From: an uncultured Chloroflexia bacterium
Lineage (GTDB): Bacteria > Chloroflexota > Limnocylindria > Limnocylindrales > CSP1-4
Assembly (NCBI GenBank): GCA_963720755.1
Contig: CAVRGP010000013.1
Span: forward strand, 160,001 to 224,000
Length of the DNA stretch: 64,000 nt
Direction of reading: 5' to 3'
Every line of letters starts with the position of its first letter. The stretch's first letter is position 1. A program made the position numbers and the translations under genes. The notes beneath the pieces were generated by a model. That model was not told where the DNA came from. It searched no databases and saw nothing but the letters and a program-made list of their open reading frames with translations. Positions 19,170-28,525 of this stretch are shown here, piece by piece.

Positions 19170-20216
19170 ATGCTCGACTTCATGCCGGACCCGATCGCGA
19201 TCCAGCTCGGCCCGGTACCGGTGTATTGGTACGGGATCGGGTATGCCGTCGGGCTCGCGGCGGCGTTCTTCGTGATGGTCAAGCTCGCCAGGCGAGCCGG
19301 AGAAGACGCCGAGATCCTGGGCAACGGGATCATCATCGTGGCCGTCGCCGCCCTCATCGGCGGACGCGCCTATCACGTCATCGACCAATGGGTCCTGTAC
19401 AAGGACGATCCGATCAAGATCTTCCTTCCGCCGTACACCGGGCTGGGGGTCTATGGCGGGATCATCACCGGAACGATCGCGGCATGGCTGTATGCCCGGT
19501 ACAAGCGAGTCCCGTTCCTGCGCTGGGCGGATATCGTCGCGCCCGGACTGTTCACGATGCAGGCCGTCGCTCGGTGGGGCAACTTCTTCAATCAGGAGCT
19601 GTATGGCACGCCGACGACGTTGCCCTGGGGTATCCCGATCGATTGCGCCCATCGGATCACGGGGGCGACCTTCGACTACTCGTGTGACGTCCTGCCCGAG
19701 ACGGCCCGATTCCACCCGCTCTTCCTGTACGAGTCGTTGTCTGGTGTGCTCGGTGCGTTGTTCCTGATCTGGCTCGGGTACCGTTTCCGCAAGCGGCTCC
19801 GCCCGGGTGACCTGCTGCTCGTCTTCTTCATCTGGTACGGCGTGGTCCGGTTCGCGCTCGAAACGTTCAGGGAGGGGAACTGGACGTTCTTCGGCGTCCC
19901 GACGGCCCAGGTCGTGTCGATCCTGTTCATCGTCCCAGCCCTGATCGTACTGGCCTGGCGTCACCGGCCGGACCACCCGCTCGACGATCCGGCCAGTCGG
20001 CCTGAAGTCGCGACCTGGGGCGCCCTGGGTCGCCCCGTGGAGCCGTCGGACGAGTCAGACGACGACGAGTTCGACGACTCCGACGACGATGGGGACGACG
20101 AGGTCGGTGACGACGCGGACCACGCCGACCAGGACGCCGACGAGGCCGCCGGCACCGACCGCTCGACCGACGACGAACCGGACGGGGACGACCCGCTCGA
20201 CGCGCCCACGACCTGA
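19170..20216 (+). CDS. lgt: Prolipoprotein diacylglyceryl transferase with an acidic C-terminal tail
   Basis: GPVPVYWYG, IGGRAYHV, GLGVYGG, ARWGNFFNQELYG, HPLFLYE, RFALETFR. Confidence 0.95.
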   Translation: MLDFMPDPIAIQLGPVPVYWYGIGYAVGLAAAFFVMVKLARRAGEDAEILGNGIIIVAVAALIGGRAYHVIDQWVLYKDDPIKIFLPPYTGLGVYGGIITGTIAAWLYARYKRVPFLRWADIVAPGLFTMQAVARWGNFFNQELYGTPTTLPWGIPIDCAHRITGATFDYSCDVLPETARFHPLFLYESLSGVLGALFLIWLGYRFRKRLRPGDLLLVFFIWYGVVRFALETFREGNWTFFGVPTAQVVSILFIVPALIVLAWRHRPDHPLDDPASRPEVATWGALGRPVEPSDESDDDEFDDSDDDGDDEVGDDADHADQDADEAAGTDRSTDDEPDGDDPLDAPTT

Positions 20217-20217
20217 G

Positions 20218-21087
20218 GTGACCGAGCCCCGGCGCGTTCGGCCGCCCGCTGGGCGCGTCGCTCCGGAGGCGATGGCTGCTCGACGTGGCAGCGCTCTGGA
20301 AGGCCTTGCCTGGCTGGACCGGCCGCCCGAAGCGGCGGCGTCCCGGCTGTATCGGCTGCTCCGGTATCTGGCCAGGTTCGCGATCTTCGGCGTGTTCAGG
20401 ATGAGGATCCGGACGTCCGGGCAGGAGCACTTGCCGGCGGGCGGGTACTTCCTCGTCGGTGCCGCCCATCGAGGCTGGATGGACCCGTTCCTCGTGATGC
20501 ATGCGCTGCCGGTCGAGCCACGCTGCTGGTTCCTCGGAAGCGCACCGTCGACCTTCACCGCACGCTGGCGTGAAGTCCTGATCCATCGCCTGGGCGGTCT
20601 GTTGCCGGTCTGGCGTGGCGGGATCGGTGTCGATCAGCACGTCGCCTCGGCTCGCGCCGTCATCGCCAACGGTGCCGTCTTCGCCCAGATGCCGGAGGGG
20701 ACGATCAGCGGGCCCGTCGGACGGATCGGGCCGTTCCGCCCGGGCTGGGCGGTCATCGCGCTGCGGGTCGACGCCCCGATCGTTCCGCTTGCGATGGCTG
20801 GCTCCGAAGAGCTCTACATCGGCCGTCGGCTCGCGTCGCGCGTCCTGCCGGTCATTTCGGTCCGCACCCTGGCCGGGTTGGAGCGGGACGAGGCACTCCC
20901 GGACCCGGGCACTCGGGAGGAACTGGAACTCGCTCGGCGGATGAGCGACGCGCTGGCGGCGATCCTCGGTCCGGCCGTCGAATCGATCCATCCCTGGACG
21001 GTCGACCCGCCGGACCACCCCCGTCGCCTCCGGCGGCGACTGACCTGGCTGCTCCTCGGTCCGGGCCCGGTCGACCGCGGTACCTGA
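20218..21087 (+). CDS. Lysophospholipid (PlsC-like) acyltransferase
   Basis: AHRGWMDP (HxxxxD), MPEGT, APIVPLA; start uncertain. Confidence 0.85.
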   Translation: MTEPRRVRPPAGRVAPEAMAARRGSALEGLAWLDRPPEAAASRLYRLLRYLARFAIFGVFRMRIRTSGQEHLPAGGYFLVGAAHRGWMDPFLVMHALPVEPRCWFLGSAPSTFTARWREVLIHRLGGLLPVWRGGIGVDQHVASARAVIANGAVFAQMPEGTISGPVGRIGPFRPGWAVIALRVDAPIVPLAMAGSEELYIGRRLASRVLPVISVRTLAGLERDEALPDPGTREELELARRMSDALAAILGPAVESIHPWTVDPPDHPRRLRRRLTWLLLGPGPVDRGT

Positions 21088-21130
21088 TCCCGACCCGCCG
21101 GCCGTCCCGGCGCACGGTATCCTCGCCACG

Positions 21131-22549
21131 ATGCAGTACGCGGAGTCGATCCTCGATCTCGTCGGCCACACCCCGCTGGTGCGGATCTCGCGTCTGACTC
21201 GCGATCTCGGGCCGGTCGACCGCCAGCCTCTGGTCCTGGCCAAGCTGGAGATGCTCAACCCGGGCGGATCGGTCAAGGACCGGATCGGGTTGCCGATGAT
21301 CGAGGCAGCCGAACGGTCCGGCCTGCTCAAGCCCGGCGGGACGATCATCGAACCGACATCGGGCAATACCGGTCACGGCCTGGCGATCGCTGCGGCGCTC
21401 AAGGGCTACCGGTGCATCTTCGTCATGGCCGACAAGCAGTCTTCGGAAAAGCAGCAGTTGCTTCGGGCGTATGGCGCGGAAGTCGTGCTCTGTCCGACCA
21501 ACGTCGCGCCCGAGTCGCCGGAGAGCTACTACTCGGTCGCGGCCCGGCTGGCCCGGGACATCCCCGGTGCGTTCAAGCCCGATCAGTACTGGAACATGGA
21601 GAACCCGGCCGCGCACGAGAGGACCACCGGCCCGGAGATCTGGGACGAGACGGACGGCCGGGTGACCCATTTCGTGGCCGGGGCCGGGACGGGGGGCACG
21701 ATCAGCGGCGTGGCCCGGGCCCTGAAACACCGGAACGCGGCGATCCAGGTGATCGGCGCGGACCCCGAGGGCAGTGTCCTTTCGGGCGATACCGCCCGCC
21801 CGTACCTGACCGAGGGCGTCGGCGAGGACTTCATGCCGGGCACCTACGATCCGACCCTCGTCGATCGGTGGGTGCGGGTGAGCGACAGGGAGTCGTTCGC
21901 GATGGCGCGCCGGCTGACTCGCGAAGAGGGGATCCTGTCGGGTGGCTCGTGCGGGACCGCGATGGTCGCCGCGCTCGAGGTGGCCCGGGATCTGGTGAGC
22001 CTTCCCGACGGTCGAGACGCGGTCATCGTGGTCCTGCTGCCCGACAGCGGCCGGAGCTATCTGTCCAAGGTCTACAACGATGAATGGATGCGGGTCAACG
22101 GTCTGCTGGCCACGACCGGGGCCGTCGTCCGGGTCGGCGATCTCCTGGCTGAACGACACCACACCGGACCCCTTCCGAACCTGGTCCTTGCTCGCACGAC
22201 CCAGCGTGTCGGCGACGCGATCGCGATCCTCCAGGAGTACGGCATCAGCCAGCTCCCGGTCTCCGAGCAGCCCGACGGTGACGCCATCGAGGGCATCGTC
22301 GGATCGATCACCGAGCGGGGACTGCTCGATCGAGCCTTCCGTGATCCGGCGATCGTCGAGCGCACCGTCGGCGAGGTCATGGATCACACTCTGCCCGTCA
22401 TCGACGTGGGCGCGAGCCTGGACGAGGCCTTCGGCCTGCTGTCAGGTGAGACGTCGGCGGTCATCGCCGTCCGTGGCGACCGTCCCGTGGGCGTCGTGAC
22501 CAAGCTGGATATGCTCGAGTATCTCGCCCACCGGCCCGGGCACGGATGA
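21131..22549 (+). CDS. cbs: Cystathionine beta-synthase with a C-terminal CBS domain pair
   Basis: NPGGSVKDRIG, EPTSGNTG, GAGTGGT, LPDSGRSYLSK; ISQLPV and GVVTKLD CBS repeats. Confidence 0.93.
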   Translation: MQYAESILDLVGHTPLVRISRLTRDLGPVDRQPLVLAKLEMLNPGGSVKDRIGLPMIEAAERSGLLKPGGTIIEPTSGNTGHGLAIAAALKGYRCIFVMADKQSSEKQQLLRAYGAEVVLCPTNVAPESPESYYSVAARLARDIPGAFKPDQYWNMENPAAHERTTGPEIWDETDGRVTHFVAGAGTGGTISGVARALKHRNAAIQVIGADPEGSVLSGDTARPYLTEGVGEDFMPGTYDPTLVDRWVRVSDRESFAMARRLTREEGILSGGSCGTAMVAALEVARDLVSLPDGRDAVIVVLLPDSGRSYLSKVYNDEWMRVNGLLATTGAVVRVGDLLAERHHTGPLPNLVLARTTQRVGDAIAILQEYGISQLPVSEQPDGDAIEGIVGSITERGLLDRAFRDPAIVERTVGEVMDHTLPVIDVGASLDEAFGLLSGETSAVIAVRGDRPVGVVTKLDMLEYLAHRPGHG

Positions 22550-23103
22550 CCGTCCCCCCGATCCGAACGGCTCGGTTCGAACTCGTGTCGATGTCGATGG
22601 CGTTCATGCAGGCGCTGGTCGCCCGCGATCTGCCAGCCGCCGAGGTCGAGATCGGCGCCATCGTCCCGGACGACCTGCCCGAAACCCTCGATCACTTCCT
22701 GCAGTACCGCATCGCCGACATGACCGCGGATCCTGCGGCCCGACCGTGGCTGGGCCGGGCCATCGTCACCGAAGCGCCAGACGGAACGCGACGGATCGTC
22801 GGGTCATGCGGGTTCCACTCGCCGCCCGAGCCGGACGGTCGGGTCGAGGTCGGCTATCGGGTCGAGCCCGGTCATCGCCGTCAGGGCATCGCTTCCGAGG
22901 TCGTCCGCGCGCTCTTCGACTGGGCGCACGAGCAGGGGGTCGACCGCTTCCGCGCGTCCGTCTCGCCGGACAACGTGGCGTCGCTGGCGGTCATCGGCCG
23001 GCTCGGCTTCCGGCAGACCGGCGTCCAGATGGACGACATCGACGGCGAAGAGCTCGTGTTCGAGCTCGATGGCTGGCCACCAGCGGACACCGACGATGCC
23101 TGA
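22546..23103 (+). CDS. GNAT (RimJ/RimL-like) N-acetyltransferase
   Basis: VEVGYRV...RRQGIA, NVASLAVIGRLGF. Confidence 0.85.
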   Translation: MTVPPIRTARFELVSMSMAFMQALVARDLPAAEVEIGAIVPDDLPETLDHFLQYRIADMTADPAARPWLGRAIVTEAPDGTRRIVGSCGFHSPPEPDGRVEVGYRVEPGHRRQGIASEVVRALFDWAHEQGVDRFRASVSPDNVASLAVIGRLGFRQTGVQMDDIDGEELVFELDGWPPADTDDA

Positions 23104-24247
23104 CGGGCCCCGCGACCCCAGCTTCGAGACGTTGGCGGTCCACGCCGGCGCGGAGCCCGATGAGCTGACCGGGGCGGTCGCGCCGCCCATCTTCCAGACC
23201 TCGACCTACGCCCAGGACGGGGTGGGGAAGCCGCGTCGCGGGTACGAATATGCCCGCTCGCAGAACCCGACGCGCGAGCGGCTCGAACGGGCGGTCGCGG
23301 CGCTCGAGGGCGGGCGTCATGGGATCGCCTTCGCATCCGGGTCGGCGGTGACCGCGGCCCTTGCCGAGCTGGCTGCATCCGGCGACGAGATCCTCGTCGG
23401 TGACGACGTCTACGGCGGGACGTTCCGGTACCTCGAACGAGTTCGTCGCGCGGCCGGGGTGGACACGCGGTACGTCGATCTCGCTTCGGGGCAGGACGGC
23501 CTGTGGGAGGCGTTGAACGAGCGAACGCGTCTGGTCTGGTTCGAAACGCCGACCAACCCCAACCTCAAGGTCGTCGATATCGCCGCGACCGTGGCGACCG
23601 TTGCGCGCCGGGGCACCGAGGGAGGGCGACGGCCGCTCGTCGTGGTCGACAACACGTTCGCCTCGCCGGCACTCCAGCGACCACTCGAACTCGGCGCCGA
23701 TGTCGTGTTCCACTCGGCCACCAAGTACCTGGCCGGGCACTCCGACACGATCGTCGGCGTGGCGGCGACCTCGGACCAGGCCGTCGCCGATCGCCTCCGT
23801 TTCCTCCAGAATGCGATGGGCGGCGTGCCAGGACCGCTCGATTGCTTCCTCGTCCTCCGCGGCCTGCGGACGCTCCATCTCCGGATGGAGCGGCATACCG
23901 CCAACGCCCAGGCGATCCTGGCGTTCCTGCGCGGTCGCTCCGACGTCGAGGGGATCCGCTATCCCGGCTTCGGTGGGATGCTGTCCTTCGTGCCGGTCGG
24001 CGGCGGGGCGCATGATCGTATGGCGGCGGAGCGGGCGGTCGCCATCGCCGAAGGGACCCGCCTCTTCACCCTGGCCGAGTCGCTTGGCGGCGTGGAATCG
24101 CTGATCGAAGTCCCGGCTGCGATGACCCATCTGTCCGTCGCCGGTTCCGCACTCGAGGTGGATCCGGCGCTCGTCCGCCTGTCGGTCGGGATCGAGGGCG
24201 TCGATGACCTGATCGCCGACCTGGCGGCCGCGCTCGACCGGGCCTGA
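23096..24247 (+). CDS. Cystathionine gamma-lyase/gamma-synthase family PLP enzyme
   Basis: YARSQNPTR, FASG, ETPTNP, VDNTF, HSATKYLAGHSD, AESLGGVESL, RLSVGIE. Confidence 0.93.
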   Translation: MPDGPRDPSFETLAVHAGAEPDELTGAVAPPIFQTSTYAQDGVGKPRRGYEYARSQNPTRERLERAVAALEGGRHGIAFASGSAVTAALAELAASGDEILVGDDVYGGTFRYLERVRRAAGVDTRYVDLASGQDGLWEALNERTRLVWFETPTNPNLKVVDIAATVATVARRGTEGGRRPLVVVDNTFASPALQRPLELGADVVFHSATKYLAGHSDTIVGVAATSDQAVADRLRFLQNAMGGVPGPLDCFLVLRGLRTLHLRMERHTANAQAILAFLRGRSDVEGIRYPGFGGMLSFVPVGGGAHDRMAAERAVAIAEGTRLFTLAESLGGVESLIEVPAAMTHLSVAGSALEVDPALVRLSVGIEGVDDLIADLAAALDRA

Positions 24248-24255
24248 GCCTGCAT

Positions 24256-24293
24256 CGCAATCTCGCCGCAACCGTCCCGCAACGTGGTAGCAT
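24256..24293 (+). promoter_or_regulatory. pckA promoter: three CGCAA direct repeats at 11-bp period followed by an extended -10 (TGGTAGCAT)
   Basis: CGCAA at 24256, 24267 and 24278; TAGCAT at 24288. Confidence 0.55.
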
Positions 24294-24399
24294 CGCGCCA
24301 ATACGACTGCGGAAGCCGACTCCTGCGACTCTCGAGTACGCATCACGCGCGGCCGGTCGATCGGACCGTGATCGCCCGTGCAGCTGGAGTCCACCGCCG

Positions 24400-25980
24400 A
24401 TGTCCACCACCGCACCCGTCAAACCTGATGCCCTGGGCCGGTCGGTCTGGGCCGATCGATCTGTCGCCGAACTGTATGAGGACGCCATCCGCCATGGCGA
24501 GGGCCTCGTCGCCGCCGACGGCCCATTGGTCGTCCGGACCGGCAAGCACACCGGTCGGTCACCCCAGGACAAGTTCATCGTCGATGAGCCGTCGAGTCGC
24601 GATGCGATCTGGTGGGGACCGGTCAACCGACCCATCAGCGAGGCGCATTACGACCGCCTTCGAGCTCGTCTGGTCGACTACGTCGAGAGCCGGGATCTGT
24701 ACCGCCAGGACTGCCTGATCGGCGCCGCGCCGGCGCACCAGCGTGCGCTGCGGGTCTACACCGAGACCGCCTGGGCGAGCATCTTCGCCCGCAACCTGTT
24801 CCGCCGCCCCACGCCCGAGCAGTCGGCGGGATTCGTCCCGAACTTCACGATCATCTGCGTCCCGTCGTTCAAGGCCGATCCAGAAACCGAAGGCACTCGG
24901 ACCGGGACGGCGATCCTCGTCCATCTCGGCCGGATGGAGGTCCTGATCGTCGGTACCGAATATGCCGGCGAGATCAAGAAGAGCGCCTTCACGGTCATGA
25001 ACTACCTCATGCCGGCCGAGGGCGTCCTGCCGATGCATTCGGCCATCAACGTCGGCACGTCGGGTGACGCTGCGGTGTTCTTCGGCCTGTCCGGGACGGG
25101 CAAGACGACCTTGTCGGCCGATCCGCTGCGCAGCCTCATCGGCGACGACGAGCACGGCTGGGGCGACGGCGTGACCTTCAACTTCGAGGGTGGTTGCTAC
25201 GCCAAGACGATCCGGCTGTCGCCGATGTACGAGCCGGACATCTTCGCCACGACCCGTCGGTTCGGGACGGTCCTCGAGAACGTCGACCTCGATCCGCGTA
25301 CGCGTGAGCTGGACCTCGATTCGGAACGGATCACCGAGAACACCCGTGGCGCCTATCCGCTCGAGTACATCGGCAATGCCGACCCGACCGGGATCGCCGG
25401 CTCGCCGAAGGCTGTCGTCTTCCTGACGGCCGATGCGTTCGGTGTCCTGCCACCGATCTCGCGCCTGACCCGAGAGCAGGCCGCATATCACTTCATCAGC
25501 GGCTATACGGCCAAGCTCGCCGGCACGGAGGTCGGGGTCAAGGAACCGACGGCGACGTTCTCGGCCTGTTTCGGGGCGCCATTCATGCCTCGTCACCCAG
25601 GCGAATACGCGGACATGCTCGTGGATCGCCTCCAGCGCGACGACGTGCCGGTCTGGTTGATCAACACTGGCTGGACCGGCGGACCGTACGGGACCGGCGA
25701 GCGGATGGATATCGGCCATACCCGAGCGATGGTCCGAGCCGCCCTCGACGGCGCGCTCGACGACACCCCGACGCGCCTCGACCCGACGTTCGGCGTGGCG
25801 ATCCCCCTCACCGTCCCCGATGTGCCCAACCAGTATCTCGACCCGCGTTCGACGTGGGCCGACCCGGACGCCTACGATCTGGCGGCAGCCAGGCTCGCCA
25901 CGATGTTCCGTGACAACTTCGAGGCCTACGCCGACGGCGTGGACCCGGCGATCGCCGCCGCTGGTCCGGTCTCCGCCTGA
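24400..25980 (+). CDS. pckA: Phosphoenolpyruvate carboxykinase (ATP)
   Basis: TGRSPQDKF, YAGEIKK, GLSGTGKTTLS, LIGDDEHGW, NFEGGCYAK, NTGWTGG. Confidence 0.97.
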   Translation: MSTTAPVKPDALGRSVWADRSVAELYEDAIRHGEGLVAADGPLVVRTGKHTGRSPQDKFIVDEPSSRDAIWWGPVNRPISEAHYDRLRARLVDYVESRDLYRQDCLIGAAPAHQRALRVYTETAWASIFARNLFRRPTPEQSAGFVPNFTIICVPSFKADPETEGTRTGTAILVHLGRMEVLIVGTEYAGEIKKSAFTVMNYLMPAEGVLPMHSAINVGTSGDAAVFFGLSGTGKTTLSADPLRSLIGDDEHGWGDGVTFNFEGGCYAKTIRLSPMYEPDIFATTRRFGTVLENVDLDPRTRELDLDSERITENTRGAYPLEYIGNADPTGIAGSPKAVVFLTADAFGVLPPISRLTREQAAYHFISGYTAKLAGTEVGVKEPTATFSACFGAPFMPRHPGEYADMLVDRLQRDDVPVWLINTGWTGGPYGTGERMDIGHTRAMVRAALDGALDDTPTRLDPTFGVAIPLTVPDVPNQYLDPRSTWADPDAYDLAAARLATMFRDNFEAYADGVDPAIAAAGPVSA

Positions 25981-26949
<969 letters not shown>

Positions 26950-26961
26950 CGGCAGCGAGCG

Positions 26962-27390
26962 TCAGGACGGCTTCTCGCAGCGGCGGATGTCGGTGAGGCC
27001 AGACCCGCGGTAGTCGAAGGTCGCTCCGGCGGCCGTGCCGACGACCTTCCAGCCATCGACCGGGATCTGCGTGTAGGCCATCCCGGGTTGCGGGCAGCCA
27101 AGGCTGCCGTCCGGGTAGGTCACCGCTTCGCCCGAGATGATGGTGACGTCGCTCGCTGAGACGCCGGCATCCTTGGCGATCTCCACCTTGACGGCCGCGA
27201 TGATCGGGGCCGGCAAGTCGATCGTACCCGCGCTCGGGCTTGGGCTGCCCCCCGGGATGATCGACGGTTGGTCCGAGGCGACCGAGAACGATGGAGTGGG
27301 GCTCACCGCCGGCGACGGCGATGACGCGGCAGCCGAACAGCCGGCCACGAACAGGAATGCGGCAAGCAGGCCGACGTGGGTGATCTTCAT
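26962..27390 (-). CDS. Lipoprotein with a conserved DGSLGCPQPGMAYTQ motif
   Basis: MKITHVGLLAAFLFVAGC lipobox, S/P-rich linker, C-terminal domain with two Cys. Confidence 0.8.
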   Translation of the reverse strand: MKITHVGLLAAFLFVAGCSAAASSPSPAVSPTPSFSVASDQPSIIPGGSPSPSAGTIDLPAPIIAAVKVEIAKDAGVSASDVTIISGEAVTYPDGSLGCPQPGMAYTQIPVDGWKVVGTAAGATFDYRGSGLTDIRRCEKPS

Positions 27391-27552
27391 GGGTCGATGG
27401 TAGCGCGCCGCCGGTCTCGCGGGCCGTGGCCGGACCTGATCGTGCATGCGGTGGGACCTCCATGGGTTGGGCATCCCAAAGACGCGACCGGCGTCGCACC
27501 GGTTCCGTCGAGCCAGCGGGCGGGCGGGGCAACCTTCGATACACTCACCCCC

Positions 27553-28455
27553 GTGCTCCTCGCGGTCGTGACCTTCCAATTCGATCCCTACGCCCACATC
27601 CTCGACGGCGTGGACGTCCTGTGGGGTTCGATCGCGCTGGCCGCCACGATCGCGGCCGCGCTGATCCTGGCCGGTCTCCTGGCCCGCGCCGAACGTCTTC
27701 GAGCCGATGACGTCCTGTTCATCGCCATCGGGATCGTGCCGGGCGCCGTCATCGCCGGCCGGCTGGGGTTCCTGCTGGTCCACGCCGACAGCTACGGGGC
27801 CGATCCGGGCGCGTTGATCGATCCAGCGCGCGGTGGGCTGGATCTTGCGCTCGCCGTCGTTGGCGGCCTGCTGACCGGTGCATACGTGGCCCGACTCCTC
27901 GGCGCGCCGGTCCGACGATGGCTTCACCTGGCGGTCGCACCGGTCCTGCTCGTGCTGGGCGTCGGCAAGCTCACCATGGTCCTGACCGGAACGGGTCAGG
28001 GGCTGCCGAACGCGGGCGTGACGGCGACCGCGTATCTCGGGCCCGGGCCCTGGGGCTCGCTCCTGCCGGCGCTCCCGTCTGATCCATCGCAGGCGTTCGA
28101 AGGGATCGCGACCCTGGCGATCCTGATCGCCTTGACATTGGCATCGGCGCTCGGCGCCTTCGGTCGCCATGACGGGCGCCTGTTCTTCGTCGCGATCGGC
28201 CTGTGGGCGCTGGCACGAGCGTTCGTGTCCACCACCTGGCGGGACCCGGCTGTCGTGGCCGGTCTGAGTGCTGGAGGATTGCTGTCGCTCGCCATTGCGA
28301 TCGGTTGCGCGGTCGTCCTCATCGCCATGACGCTCCGGCCGGGAACGGCGGGATCGGCAGGGATCGAGGGCGCCGACGGTCGTGCGGGCGCCGACGACGC
28401 CGGGGCGGAGGCCCTGGTCACCTGGCCCGATCCGGAGTCCCAGCGGCCGTTCTGA
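27553..28455 (+). CDS. Divergent prolipoprotein diacylglyceryl transferase (Lgt)-like membrane protein
   Basis: FQFDP N-terminus, GAVIAGRLG, GGLDLALAVVGG, PSQAFE, ARAFV; several catalytic motifs are altered. Confidence 0.75.
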   Translation: MLLAVVTFQFDPYAHILDGVDVLWGSIALAATIAAALILAGLLARAERLRADDVLFIAIGIVPGAVIAGRLGFLLVHADSYGADPGALIDPARGGLDLALAVVGGLLTGAYVARLLGAPVRRWLHLAVAPVLLVLGVGKLTMVLTGTGQGLPNAGVTATAYLGPGPWGSLLPALPSDPSQAFEGIATLAILIALTLASALGAFGRHDGRLFFVAIGLWALARAFVSTTWRDPAVVAGLSAGGLLSLAIAIGCAVVLIAMTLRPGTAGSAGIEGADGRAGADDAGAEALVTWPDPESQRPF

Positions 28456-28525
28456 CCTTGGTGGCCGCCCACGGACCTGGGCGGCTCGCGGTATCGTGGC
28501 GCTACCCATCAAGAGGTCCGAACCG

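Noticed and set aside
23940-23990. Apparent deletion in the CGL-family enzyme (YPGFGGM)
   Set aside because: In-frame, and short YPGxGGM forms are known in this family (e.g. Bacillus MetI-type).
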